From: Dickeya dadantii NCPPB 898
GTDB taxonomy: Bacteria > Pseudomonadota > Gammaproteobacteria > Enterobacterales > Enterobacteriaceae
Length of the DNA: 32,000 nt
Assembly (NCBI RefSeq): GCF_000406145.1
Contig: NZ_CM001976.1
Coordinates: forward strand, 223,186-255,185
Direction: 5' to 3'
How positions within the stretch are numbered: position 1 is the first letter of the stretch; every line of letters starts with the position of its first letter. The notes beneath the pieces were generated by a model. It was given only the letters and a program-made list of their open reading frames with translations, was not told where the DNA came from and searched no databases. Below, one piece after another: positions 9,450-20,432 of the stretch. A program made the position numbers and the translations under genes.

Positions 9450-10196
9450 TTACCAGTAGTGCTCGCTGGTCATATGGCCGGGACGACGGCGCAGGTGTTT
9501 GCTCATCTGCCGCGTGTCTTTGAGCAACTGCTGGGTGTCCCGCACCATCTGCGGGTTGCCGCACAGCATCACGTGGCTGGTCGCCGCGTCCATCGGCAGG
9601 CCGACCGCCGCTTCCAGCGCACCGCTTTCAATCAACGCCGGCACACGGCCGGTGAGCGAACCGGGCTGCTCCTCGCGGCTGACCACGGTCTGGATGCGCA
9701 GCTTGCCGTCATAGCGTTGTTCCAACTGTTGCATCAGCGGCAGAAAACTCAGGTCACGGGCGAAGCGGGCGGCGTGCACCAGCACGATATGTTTAAAGCG
9801 TTCCAGACCGCGTCCTTCCTGCAGAATCGACAGATACGGGCCGATGGCGGTGCCGGTCGCCAGCATCCACAGGGTGTCGCAATCCGGGATTTCGTCGAGC
9901 ACGAAGAAGCCGGCGGCCTCCTGCGTCACCAAGACCTCATCGCCCGGCTGGCAACGGTGCAGATGCGGGCTGAGCTTGCCGTCCGGTACGTTGACCAGAT
10001 AAAACTCCAGCAGCGTGTCGCTGGGGGCGTTGACGTATGAATAGGCACGCTGTACCCGCTCGCCGCCCAGTTCCAGCGCCAGCTTGGCGAACTGCCCGGC
10101 GGTAAACGGCGCCACCGGCGCTTCCAGCCGCAGACTGAATAAGTTTTCCGTCCAGTGTTCAACCTGAATAACCTTGCCGGTCACCCACTCTGCCAT
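9450..10196 (-). CDS. fpr: Ferredoxin/flavodoxin-NADP+ reductase
   Basis: The 248-aa ORF is collinear with E. coli Fpr (RAYSYVN, LWMLATGTAIGPYLSIL, MLCGNPQMV, C-terminal EHYW). Confidence 0.94.
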   Translation of the reverse strand: MAEWVTGKVIQVEHWTENLFSLRLEAPVAPFTAGQFAKLALELGGERVQRAYSYVNAPSDTLLEFYLVNVPDGKLSPHLHRCQPGDEVLVTQEAAGFFVLDEIPDCDTLWMLATGTAIGPYLSILQEGRGLERFKHIVLVHAARFARDLSFLPLMQQLEQRYDGKLRIQTVVSREEQPGSLTGRVPALIESGALEAAVGLPMDAATSHVMLCGNPQMVRDTQQLLKDTRQMSKHLRRRPGHMTSEHYW

Positions 10197-10305
10197 GGTT
10201 CTATGCTCCTGTTTTGATCTCTCGGGTGTCGCAGGGCTGCACGCAGCCAGACCTTACGATACGCGATCTGTTAACAACAGTGAAACAATTCGTGCCTTGC
10301 CGCGG

Positions 10306-11316
10306 CTACAGCAGAAAGGCGTGCAGCGCCTGATCTTTACGGTCCAGATAATGAGTGGAACTGATGCGGCGGATGGTGCGCGACTTGCCGCGGATCAGCA
10401 GCGTTTCGGTGGTGGCGATGTTGCCGCGGCGGGAAATGCCGTTGAGCAGGTCGCCCTTGGTGATGCCGGTGGCGGAAAAGATCACGTTGTCGTTGCGCGC
10501 CATGTCGTCCAGCATCAGCACCTTGCCGGCTTCGATGCCCATTTCACGGCAGCGCGCCAGCTCTTGTTCGCCCAGCCGGCGGTTTTCCGCATTGTCTTCC
10601 TTCACCTGATGACGGGCCAGCAAACGCCCCTGCATGTCGCCATCCAGCGCGCGGATCACCGCCGCCGAGATCACACCTTCCGGCGCGCCGCCGATGCCGT
10701 AGAGCACATCGACCTCGCTTTCCGGCATGCAGGTCAGAATTGAGGCGGCCACGTCTCCATCAGGAATGGCGAACACTTTTACGCCCAGTCGCTGCATGTC
10801 GGCGATCACCCGATCGTGGCGCGGTTTGGCCAGCGTGATCACGGTCAGTTCGCTGAGCGGCTTGCCCAATCGTTCCGCTACCCGTTTCAGGTTGTCTTCC
10901 AGCGGGCGGTCAAGGTCGATAGCGCCTTTGGCCTGCGGGCCGACAATCAGCTTTTCCATGTACATGTCGGGCGCGTGCAGGAAAGTTCCCTGTTCGCCTA
11001 CCGCCAGCACCGCCAGCGCGTTCGCCTGCCCCATCGCCGTCATGCGAGTGCCTTCGATCGGATCGACGGCGATGTCCACCGCGTCGCCGCGCCCAGTGCC
11101 TACCTGCTCGCCGATGTAGAGCATCGGCGCTTCATCGATTTCACCTTCGCCGATGACGATTTGACCGTTGATGTCGACCTGATTGAGCATGATGCGCATC
11201 GCCTGCACCGCGGCGTTGTCGGCGGCGTTCTTATCGCCACGGCCCAGCCATTTGTAGCCGGCCAGCGCGGCCGCTTCGGTAACGCGGGAGAATTCGATGG
11301 CTAATTCACGTTTCAT
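10306..11316 (-). CDS. glpX: Class II fructose-1,6-bisphosphatase
   Basis: 336-aa ORF with MKRELAIEFSRVTEAAALAGYKWLGRGDKN and DPIEGT. It is the last gene of glpFKX. Confidence 0.95.
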   Translation of the reverse strand: MKRELAIEFSRVTEAAALAGYKWLGRGDKNAADNAAVQAMRIMLNQVDINGQIVIGEGEIDEAPMLYIGEQVGTGRGDAVDIAVDPIEGTRMTAMGQANALAVLAVGEQGTFLHAPDMYMEKLIVGPQAKGAIDLDRPLEDNLKRVAERLGKPLSELTVITLAKPRHDRVIADMQRLGVKVFAIPDGDVAASILTCMPESEVDVLYGIGGAPEGVISAAVIRALDGDMQGRLLARHQVKEDNAENRRLGEQELARCREMGIEAGKVLMLDDMARNDNVIFSATGITKGDLLNGISRRGNIATTETLLIRGKSRTIRRISSTHYLDRKDQALHAFLL

Positions 11317-11400
11317 GGATACCTGTCTTGAACGGGGAGTAAAGGAGTAGTCGGGGCATTATGGTAGCACAGGCGTAATGGCGGACGGGGGGGAGAGGGA

Positions 11401-11428
11401 AAGGAAAAAGGGCGCGATAGCCGCGCCC
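11401..11428 (-). terminator. Intrinsic terminator or attenuator between glpK and glpX
   Basis: The minus strand reads GGGCGCG-gctat-CGCGCCC followed by TTTTTCCTTT, directly after the glpK stop. Confidence 0.7.
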
Positions 11429-11448
11429 GATCAAGGATAGCGATGATT

Positions 11449-12960
<1,512 letters not shown>

Positions 12961-12987
12961 AAACGTAATCCTGTTAGCGGAGTAGGG

Positions 12988-13839
12988 TTAGACCTTACGG
13001 GTTTGAGCTGACGCTGCCGTGTCGGTATCTGTGTCTGTGGCGCAGACATCGCAGGGCAGGTTGCGGCCAATCAGGGAGCGATAGCCAAATGCGCCCAGAC
13101 AGGCGCCGACAATCGGGCCGAAAATCGGTATCAGTATATAAGGGATATCGCGTCCGCCGGTCAGCGCGATCTTGCCCCAGCCGGCGAAATAGGCAAACAG
13201 CTTCGGACCGGCATCACGCGCCGGGTTCATGGCAAATCCGGTCAACGGCCCCATGGAGGCGCCAATGACCGCGATCAAAATACCGATCAACAGCGGTGCC
13301 AGCGGCCCGCGCGGGATGCCGTTGCCGTCGTCGGTCAACGCCAGAATCAGGCACATCAGAATGGCGGTGATGACCGTTTCCACCAGAAACGCCTGCAGCA
13401 CCGAAATGTGCGGGTTGGGGTAGGTGGAGAAGATGCCTGCCAGATCGAGGCTTTCCACACTGCCGCGCACCATGTTGTGCGTCTGCTCGATGTTGTCGAA
13501 CAGGTTGTGGTAGAGGCCGTAGACCAGCGCGGCCGAGCAGAACGCGCCGGCCACCTGTGAGACGATGTAAGGTAGCACCTTGCGGCCATCGAAGCAGGCA
13601 AACAGCCACAGGGCAATGGTCACCGCCGGATTGAGGTGGGCGCCGGAAATCGCGGCGGTCAGGTAGATCGCCATCGCGACACCCAACCCCCAAATAATGC
13701 TGATTTCCCATAGCCCCAGACTGGCGCCTGCCAGTTTCAGAGCCGCGACACAGCCAACGCCAAAGAAAATCAACAGGCCAGTACCGAGAAACTCGGCAAT
13801 GCACTGGCCTTTAAGGGTAGAAAGTTCAGATTGACTCAT
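12988..13839 (-). CDS. glpF: Glycerol uptake facilitator (aquaglyceroporin)
   Basis: 283-aa MIP-family ORF with two NPA motifs (SGAHLNPAVT and AMNPARD). It lies upstream of glpK. Confidence 0.95.
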   Translation of the reverse strand: MSQSELSTLKGQCIAEFLGTGLLIFFGVGCVAALKLAGASLGLWEISIIWGLGVAMAIYLTAAISGAHLNPAVTIALWLFACFDGRKVLPYIVSQVAGAFCSAALVYGLYHNLFDNIEQTHNMVRGSVESLDLAGIFSTYPNPHISVLQAFLVETVITAILMCLILALTDDGNGIPRGPLAPLLIGILIAVIGASMGPLTGFAMNPARDAGPKLFAYFAGWGKIALTGGRDIPYILIPIFGPIVGACLGAFGYRSLIGRNLPCDVCATDTDTDTAASAQTRKV

Positions 13840-13983
13840 AATGCTTGTTCCTGCTTATAGGCTACAGCATGGATGGTTGACGCAGGTCGATGGAATAACC
13901 TGCGCGTTTTTGGTCTGTCTCGTCACTCCTGAGAAGATTCACGGCCAGACTCTTTTTTGTATTTCGGATGTGAATTTATCGTT

Positions 13984-14069
13984 AATGTTCGAAAACGAGA
14001 AATATCGAAATCAAAATGTGTGTGACACGTCAAGAAAATGCGCGCATTCGCGTAATTAGCGAAAAAATG
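13984..14069 (-). promoter_or_regulatory. Candidate GlpR operator array in the glpF control region
   Basis: AATGTTCGAAAACGAGAAATATCGAAAT (13984-14011) matches the GlpR half-sites WATGTTCGWT / AWCGAACATW in 10-bp register. A weaker second cluster AATGCGCGCATTCGCGTAATTAGCGAAAAAATG lies at 14037-14069. Confidence 0.5.
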
Positions 14070-14393
14070 CCCCTCTGCCCTTCCGGGCCGGTGTTAACAG
14101 GGGTGTTAAATGCATTAACATTAGTGCTGTTTAATAATGATCCGGGTGATTTTCAGTCTGTGCTGATAGCGCATGAGCGAAAAAGCAGGCAGAGTCGCTG
14201 TTTTACCGGCGGTGTGCTGGACACGCCTGATCCGGCTACATACAATTTGGCTGGCGTTTACGTCGGGCGCGCCAGCGCCGGGGTGTGAAGGGCCGCGAGA
14301 CATCTGTTTGCGAGATGCCGTCCGTGACACGCCCGTTCGTGGTACATCTGCGTTAACCGGCTTATGCCGTGCGATCAAAAGGGGTTAGAAGTT

Positions 14394-14636
14394 ATGTCAT
14401 TTGAAGTGTTTGAGAAGCTGGAAGCGAAAGTTCAGCAGGCGATTGACACGATCACGCTGTTGCAGATGGAAATCGAAGAGCTGAAAGAGAAGAACAATAC
14501 GTTGTCGCAGGAAGTGGAGAGTATGGCGGGCAACCGTGATGCGCTGATGCGCGAGAACGAGCAGCTAAAGCAGGAACAGCTGGTATGGCAAGAGCGCCTG
14601 CGTGCGCTGCTGGGTAAAATGGAAGACGTTCAGTAA
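14394..14636 (+). CDS. zapB: Cell division coiled-coil protein ZapB
   Basis: [35 protein letters not shown]... is near-identical to E. coli ZapB. The track ORF begins at 14364, but the conserved N-terminus and the SD (AAGGGG) favour the ATG at 14394. Confidence 0.9.
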   Translation: MSFEVFEKLEAKVQQAIDTITLLQMEIEELKEKNNTLSQEVESMAGNRDALMRENEQLKQEQLVWQERLRALLGKMEDVQ

Positions 14637-14666
14637 TCGCCGAAGTCAGACTGACGGGAGGCGCAC

Positions 14667-14686
14667 AGGGCGTCCGTTGACGCCCT
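14667..14686. terminator. Hairpin between convergent zapB and rraA (candidate bidirectional terminator)
   Basis: AGGGCGTC-cgtt-GACGCCCT forms an 8-bp perfect stem. The U-tracts are poor on both strands. Confidence 0.45.
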
Positions 14687-14701
14687 TGGGTATTTAGCCC
14701 G

Positions 14702-15256
<555 letters not shown>

Positions 15257-15345
15257 TCATCAACCGCGGCTTTGACCCGCATCAGTAATCGGTAGTGATT
15301 TTGCCAGCCCGGACAACCTGTTACTCAGCTCTGGCGGGCGATCGC

Positions 15346-16263
15346 CTAGCTCAGCAGCACGCCCACCGCGAACAGCAGATTGGTGAGCAACGCGCCCTTC
15401 ACGGTTTTTTCCAGCATCGGACGCATACTGAACGCGGTGGTTTCCCGCATCACGTAGCGCCCTTGTTTCACCAATAGCGGCAGCGCCAGAATAAACAACC
15501 AGCCGGCCAGCGTATGCAGATAAAGCATGGCGAACAGCGCCAGACAGACCGGCGCCGTCATCAGCAACACCATGTGGTAGCGCCGGGCTTTGTGAGCGCC
15601 GAGCCGCACCGCCAGCGTGTTCTTGCCGTTTTCCCGGTCGCTGTCGATATCGCGCAGGTTGTTGATGTTGAGCACCGCGACGGCCAGCAGGCCGCAGGCG
15701 GTCGCGGGCAGAATCACGCTGCTGTCGAAGTGACCGGTTTGCAGGTAGTACGAGCCGGCCACGCTTAGCCAGCCGAAAAAGATCAGCACCGAGATGTCGC
15801 CAAGCCCGATATAGCCATACGGTTTATTGCCGACGGTATAGGTAATGGCGGCCAGAATCGCCAACAGGCCGAGCGCCAGAAACACCACGATATCCACCGG
15901 CTTTTCGCAGGCCAGCGCTACCAACGCGCTGCCGGAGATTGCCGTCAGCGTCACGGTAATGAGCAGCGCCTTACGCAGCTCCGGCAGGCTGATGGCACCG
16001 GTCTGGATGCCGCGTAGCGGGCCGATGCGGTCTTCCTTGTCGCTGCCTTTCACGGCATCGCCATAGTCATTAGCCAGATTGGAGAGGATTTGCAACAGGC
16101 CGGCGGTAATCAGCGTCAGCAGCGCCACGCCGGGCTTGAAGTTGCTGTGCCAGCAGGCGATGACGGTGCCGGTAACGATGGAGGCAAAAGCCAGCGGCAG
16201 CGTCTTGGGACGCAGGCTGTCCAGCCAGGCTTGGGTTTTGCTGCTATGTGTCAATTGGGTCAT
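15346..16263 (-). CDS. menA: 1,4-dihydroxy-2-naphthoate octaprenyltransferase
   Basis: The 305-aa polytopic UbiA-family ORF is collinear with E. coli MenA (TQAWL.SLRPKTLPLAFA, NDYGDAVKGSD, NNLRDI.SDRENGKNTL). Confidence 0.92.
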   Translation of the reverse strand: MTQLTHSSKTQAWLDSLRPKTLPLAFASIVTGTVIACWHSNFKPGVALLTLITAGLLQILSNLANDYGDAVKGSDKEDRIGPLRGIQTGAISLPELRKALLITVTLTAISGSALVALACEKPVDIVVFLALGLLAILAAITYTVGNKPYGYIGLGDISVLIFFGWLSVAGSYYLQTGHFDSSVILPATACGLLAVAVLNINNLRDIDSDRENGKNTLAVRLGAHKARRYHMVLLMTAPVCLALFAMLYLHTLAGWLFILALPLLVKQGRYVMRETTAFSMRPMLEKTVKGALLTNLLFAVGVLLS

Positions 16264-16298
16264 GGTGTCAATTGGGTCATGGTGTTAATGGGCCATGG
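16249..16298. repeat. Tandem repeat: TGTCAATTGGGTCATGG x2 (17 bp each) plus a degenerate 16-bp third copy TGTTAATGGGCCATGG, spanning the menA start codon
   Basis: Read directly. The copies lie at 16249-16265, 16266-16282 and 16283-16298. Each contains CAT (ATG on the menA strand). Confidence 0.9.
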
Positions 16299-16353
16299 TA
16301 TCAGCCAGATTGTGGCGCGTTCAGTTCTGAAAAAATAAAGCCTGGTGACGGTG

Positions 16354-16389
16354 ATAAAAACAACAGTGGGAGGCATCGGCCTCCCACTG
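16354..16389 (-). terminator. Rho-independent terminator of hslVU
   Basis: The minus strand reads CAGTGGGAGGC-cgat-GCCTCCCACTG, an 11-bp stem followed by TTGTTTTTAT, about 30 nt after the hslU stop. Confidence 0.85.
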
Positions 16390-16420
16390 GTCAGTCATCA
16401 GTGCGATCCGTGAACACGGA

Positions 16421-17752
16421 TTATAAGATAAATCGGCTCAGATCTTCATCTGCTACCAACTCATCAAGGTGACTGCGTACGTAATCTGCATCGATCGTCA
16501 CGGTTTGGCCGTGCATTTCGCTGGCGCCGTAGGAAACGTCTTCGATCAGTCGTTCCAGCACCGTGTGCAGACGACGGGCGCCGATGTTCTCCGTACGCTC
16601 GTTGACCTGCCAGGCCGCCTCCGCGATGCGGCGGATGCCGTCCGGCAGGAACGTGATGTTGACGCCTTCGGTTTCCATCAACGCCTGATACTGACGGGTC
16701 AGCGACGCGCTGGGTTCGGTCAGAATACGCTCGAAATCTTCGGTGGTCAGCGCCTGCAACTCCACGCGAATCGGCAGACGGCCCTGCAGCTCGGGGATCA
16801 GGTCCGACGGGCTGGCGACCTGGAACGCGCCGGAGGCGATGAATAGGATATGGTCGGTTTTCACCATGCCGTGCTTGGTGGACACGGTACAGCCTTCCAC
16901 CAGCGGCAGCAGGTCGCGCTGCACCCCTTCGCGGGACACGTCCGGGCCGGAGGTATCGCCCCGTTTGCAGATCTTGTCGATTTCATCGATGAACACAATG
17001 CCGTGCTGCTCCACCGCTTCGATCGCCTGCTGCTTAAGCTCTTCCGGATTGACCAGCTTGGCGGCTTCTTCTTCCACCAGCAACTTGAAAGCTTCGCGAA
17101 TCTTGATTTTGCGGTTTTTCTGTTTCTGACCCGCCAGATTCTGGAACATTGACTGCAACTGATTGGTCATCTCTTCCATGCCCGGCGGGGCCATGATCTC
17201 AACACCGACGGGGGCGGCGGCCAGCTCGATTTCGATCTCTTTATCGTCAAGCGACCCTTCACGCAGTTTCTTGCGAAACGCCTGGCGGGCGGCAGACGGC
17301 TCGTGGTTCTCTTCCGGCTGACCCCAGTTGTTCTTGGCCGGCGGAATCAGCACGTCCAGAATGCGCTCTTCGGCCAGTTCTTCGGCGCGATAGCGGTTTT
17401 TCTCCATCGACTGCTGACGCACCATTTTGATGGCGACATCGGTCAGGTCGCGGATAATCGAGTCGACTTCCTTGCCGACGTAGCCCACTTCGGTGAATTT
17501 GGTCGCTTCCACCTTGATGAACGGGGCATTGGCTAACTTGGCGAGACGACGGGCGATTTCGGTTTTCCCCACCCCGGTCGGGCCGATCATCAGAATGTTT
17601 TTCGGGGTGACTTCATGGCGCAGGCTCTCTTCCAGCTGCATGCGGCGCCAGCGGTTACGCAAGGCAATCGCCACGGCGCGCTTCGCTTTGTGCTGGCCGA
17701 TGATATAGCTATCAAGCTCGCTGACTATTTCGCGCGGGGTCATTTCAGACAT
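16421..17752 (-). CDS. hslU: ATP-dependent protease ATPase subunit HslU (ClpY)
   Basis: 443-aa ORF with [18 protein letters not shown], the Walker A motif [15 protein letters not shown] and FIDEIDK. Confidence 0.97.
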   Translation of the reverse strand: MSEMTPREIVSELDSYIIGQHKAKRAVAIALRNRWRRMQLEESLRHEVTPKNILMIGPTGVGKTEIARRLAKLANAPFIKVEATKFTEVGYVGKEVDSIIRDLTDVAIKMVRQQSMEKNRYRAEELAEERILDVLIPPAKNNWGQPEENHEPSAARQAFRKKLREGSLDDKEIEIELAAAPVGVEIMAPPGMEEMTNQLQSMFQNLAGQKQKNRKIKIREAFKLLVEEEAAKLVNPEELKQQAIEAVEQHGIVFIDEIDKICKRGDTSGPDVSREGVQRDLLPLVEGCTVSTKHGMVKTDHILFIASGAFQVASPSDLIPELQGRLPIRVELQALTTEDFERILTEPSASLTRQYQALMETEGVNITFLPDGIRRIAEAAWQVNERTENIGARRLHTVLERLIEDVSYGASEMHGQTVTIDADYVRSHLDELVADEDLSRFIL

Positions 17753-17761
17753 AGTGGATCC

Positions 17762-18292
17762 TTACGCCTTGGAGGCTAATTCTTCAATCGTGTGGAACTG
17801 GTTGGTGTAGATGCAGATATCACCCGCAATACCCAGTGACTTTTCGACAATTTCCCGTGCGCTTAATTCGGTATTTTCCAGCAGTGCGCGTGCGGCAGCC
17901 TGCGCGTAGGGGCCGCCGGAGCCGATGGCGATCAGATCGTTTTCCGGCTGAATCACATCGCCGTTGCCGGTGATGATCAGCGAGGCGTTTTCGTCGGCGA
18001 CCGCCAGTAACGCTTCCAGTCGACGCAGCATGCGATCGGTGCGCCAGTCTTTAGCCAGTTCCACGGCGGCCTTCACCAGATGTCCCTGATGCAGCTCCAG
18101 TTTGCGTTCGAACAGTTCAAACAGGGTAAACGCATCAGCGGTGCCGCCGGCGAATCCGGCGATAACCCGGTCGTTGTACAGACGACGTACTTTGCGCACG
18201 TTGCCTTTCATTACGGTGTTGCCCAGGGTGGCTTGCCCGTCTCCGCCAATCACGACCTGACCGTTGCGGCGTACGCTTACAATTGTTGTCAC
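17762..18292 (-). CDS. hslV: ATP-dependent protease peptidase subunit HslV (ClpQ)
   Basis: 176-aa ORF starting [20 protein letters not shown], with the N-terminal Thr nucleophile after Met. Confidence 0.97.
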   Translation of the reverse strand: MTTIVSVRRNGQVVIGGDGQATLGNTVMKGNVRKVRRLYNDRVIAGFAGGTADAFTLFELFERKLELHQGHLVKAAVELAKDWRTDRMLRRLEALLAVADENASLIITGNGDVIQPENDLIAIGSGGPYAQAAARALLENTELSAREIVEKSLGIAGDICIYTNQFHTIEELASKA

Positions 18293-18310
18293 GAGTTTAT
18301 CCCCGTTACT

Positions 18311-18340
18311 GAGAAAAAGGCCCCCGCGCGGACGCGGGGC
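18311..18340 (-). terminator. Terminator-like stem-loop with U-tract downstream of ftsN and inside the predicted hslVU 5' UTR
   Basis: The minus strand reads CCCCGCG-tccg-CGCGGGG followed by GCCTTTTTCT. It lies between the sigma32 -10 element and the hslV ATG. Confidence 0.5.
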
Positions 18341-18353
18341 ATATTGACGATAA

Positions 18354-18381
18354 ACATGGGGGAGGGGTGGGGGGTTTTCAA
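18354..18381 (-). promoter_or_regulatory. Sigma32 (heat-shock) promoter of hslVU
   Basis: The minus strand reads gTTGAAA-N14-CCCCATGT, against the consensus CTTGAAA-N13-14-CCCCATNT. The -35 element (18376-18381) overlaps the ftsN stop codon (18378-18380). Confidence 0.8.
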
Positions 18382-19310
18382 CCCCCGCTGGCTAATGGGA
18401 TGCAGTTGGATTGCCCCATGCCTTTGAGTTTTTGTGCCATTTTGTCGGCCACGGTACGGCTGTTGTACGGCCCGAGCATAATCCGATGCCAGCCGCCGCT
18501 GCTGGCGATACGGCTTTCGACACCGGCAAACGCCAGCTCTGCCCTTACCGATTCGGCAGGCTCCGCCGTCTTGAACGAACCGCATTGCACCATCCAACGC
18601 TGTTCTTTCTCTGGTTTGGCGTTCTCCGTCTTGCTGTCGGTTTTGGCGGTTTCTTTGGCTGCCGTTTCCGTTTTGGCTGCTTCTTTGCGTGGCTCTGCCT
18701 GTACCGGTTTCTGCGCCGTCTGCGCCGGTGGCGTTGCTGCCTGCGTCGTATGATGCTGATTTGCCGCCGGAACGGTGGTCGTGGTACGCGGCGCCGGCGG
18801 TGGCGTCACCGTACTGGTGTTGGGCACGATCGGCACAACCGTCTGCGGCCTCGGCGCTGCCAAACTACGGGCCGGCATCTGGCTTTGATCGTTGTAAGGC
18901 ACTTCCGTCAGCGTGGTCGGCTGGCGTTTCATGTCCGACTGCATCTGTTCCAGCAGTTGCCGCTGCTCGTTGGTAAGCTGGCCCGTCGACTGGATTTCTC
19001 CACCCGCCGAAGGTTCGGTCGGCGACGCGACGCCAATCTGCCGGTTTTCCAGTTCCTTGATATAACGCCAGCGTTCTTCCGGTTTGGGCGGCAGCCCGTT
19101 GCCTTTGGTCCCCTGATGCGGCAGGACCGGCGACTCGTCCGGCTTATTGTGGGCGATAAAATAGAGTCCGCCGGCAAACGTGACCAGCACGGCAACAGCC
19201 AGCGCTATCATGGTTTTGGAGGCGCCCGAGGACCCCCCTCGTTTTCGGCTGGATGTTTTTTTCCGGCGCGTTCCAGAACGCCCCCGGCTGACATAGTCTC
19301 GTTGTGCCAC
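18378..19310 (-). CDS. ftsN: Cell division protein FtsN (N-terminal TM anchor, Pro/Gln/Thr-rich linker, C-terminal SPOR domain)
   Basis: It has [14 protein letters not shown], a TM segment, a low-complexity linker and a C-terminal RWMVQCGSF...[14 protein letters not shown]-like domain. Its position is syntenic between cytR and hslV. Confidence 0.9.
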   Translation of the reverse strand: MAQRDYVSRGRSGTRRKKTSSRKRGGSSGASKTMIALAVAVLVTFAGGLYFIAHNKPDESPVLPHQGTKGNGLPPKPEERWRYIKELENRQIGVASPTEPSAGGEIQSTGQLTNEQRQLLEQMQSDMKRQPTTLTEVPYNDQSQMPARSLAAPRPQTVVPIVPNTSTVTPPPAPRTTTTVPAANQHHTTQAATPPAQTAQKPVQAEPRKEAAKTETAAKETAKTDSKTENAKPEKEQRWMVQCGSFKTAEPAESVRAELAFAGVESRIASSGGWHRIMLGPYNSRTVADKMAQKLKGMGQSNCIPLASGG

Positions 19311-19361
19311 AATCGTTTCGTTGCGAAAAAAATAAGTAACAGGTCGCCATGTTACTGAACC

Positions 19362-20432
19362 CTAAAATATTTGACCAGCACCTGAATTCTTAAAGCCTGT
19401 AACACGCAGGGGTGGGGCGGCGGTGCTGTCGCGAATAATCAACTGGCTGGATATCAGCCGCGACCCCCGCTGGACCTTGTGTTGCTGCAATTGAGCGAGC
19501 AGCAATAGCATGGCCTCGCGGCCGATATCGTAGCGCGGCTGGGAAACAGTGGTCAGTGCCGGAAAACAGTGGCTGGCCTGCGCGATATCATCGAATCCGA
19601 CCAGCGACAGATCACGCGGCACGTCCAGCCCCATTTTGCGCGCCTGCGTCAGTGCGCCCAGCGCCATGACGTCGCAGTGGCAGAAAACCGCGGTGGGCGG
19701 CGTGGGATGCGACATCAACCGCATCAGGCCGCGGGAACCGGTGTCGTAACTGAAATCGCCGCGCACGATGTACTGGTTGTCGATCACCAGTCCGCAGCGG
19801 CGCAATGCCTGAATATAGCCCTGTAGCCGGTATTCGCTGATCGGAATCTGTTCCGGACCGGCGATGCAGGCGATGCGCCGGTGCCCCAGTTGATTGAGAT
19901 AACTGACGGCCTCAAACGCCGCGGTCAGGTTATCGATATGCACGGTGGGCATATCCAGTTCAGGAGCGAACTCATTTGCCATCACCATCGGCGGCAGATG
20001 ACGGCGTTCGTCCTTGCCGGCATCAAACGGCAACTGCGAACCCAGCAGCAGAATGCCGTCGATCTGCCGGGTGGTGATCAGGTCCAGAAAGGTCTTTTCC
20101 GTTTTGCGCTGGTGAGCGCAATCGCCAATCAGCACCAGATAGCCGCGCTCCGCCGCCGTTTCCTCAATGCCGCGCAGCATTTCGGTGAAAAAGGGATCGC
20201 AGATATCGGGGACGAGCGCCAGAATCGTTCTTGATTCATGCCGCTTCAGGTTGCGGGCAAGATTTTGTGCAGAGTATCCCACCGCCAGCGCGGCCTGTTC
20301 CACCTTTTGGCGGGTGGTGGCCGACACCTTCTCTGGATTGGTCAGGGCGCGGGACACCGTCGCGGTGGACACGCCAGCCTGGTCGGCAACGTCTTTCATC
20401 GTTGCGGGCGGGATGAATTTTTTCTGCTCCAA
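19362..20432 (-). CDS. cytR: LacI-family transcriptional repressor CytR
   Basis: Collinear with remembered E. coli CytR (ATMKDVA...VSTATVSRAL.NP.KVS, ESRTIL..VPDICDPFF, GYLVLIGDCAHQ, PPMVMANEFAPEL..PTVHIDNLTAAF). The track start at 20432 is a TTG codon preceded by a strong SD (AAGGAGG, 7-nt spacing). It preserves the N-terminal extension of about 11 aa seen in E. coli. Confidence 0.88.
   Translation of the reverse strand: MEQKKFIPPATMKDVADQAGVSTATVSRALTNPEKVSATTRQKVEQAALAVGYSAQNLARNLKRHESRTILALVPDICDPFFTEMLRGIEETAAERGYLVLIGDCAHQRKTEKTFLDLITTRQIDGILLLGSQLPFDAGKDERRHLPPMVMANEFAPELDMPTVHIDNLTAAFEAVSYLNQLGHRRIACIAGPEQIPISEYRLQGYIQALRRCGLVIDNQYIVRGDFSYDTGSRGLMRLMSHPTPPTAVFCHCDVMALGALTQARKMGLDVPRDLSLVGFDDIAQASHCFPALTTVSQPRYDIGREAMLLLLAQLQQHKVQRGSRLISSQLIIRDSTAAPPLRVTGFKNSGAGQIF

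Noticed and set aside
10270-10300. Possible SoxS/MarA box upstream of fpr (minus strand AAGGCACGAATTGTTTCAC)
   Set aside because: The GCAC core and some flanking positions fit AYnGCACnnWnnRYYAAAY, but the A-tract end is poor (about 11-12 of 15 defined positions). This is too weak to report as a feature.
13000-13030. Short hexanucleotide-like repeat encoding (Thr-Asp)x3 at the GlpF C-terminus
   Set aside because: It lies in a poorly conserved cytoplasmic tail and is only three units long. It is most simply neutral low complexity.
14013-14036. Possible CRP site (AAATGTGTGTGACACGTCAAG) in the glpF control region
   Set aside because: Only the TGTGA-type left half matches, and no acceptable TCACA right half lies at 6-bp spacing in any register I tried. 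A CRP site is expected for glpFK, but I cannot place it from sequence alone.
13841-14388. Several 70-90-aa ORFs on both strands in the glpF-zapB spacer
   Set aside because: They overlap each other, lack an RBS and have implausible composition. The region is the known divergent regulatory spacer.
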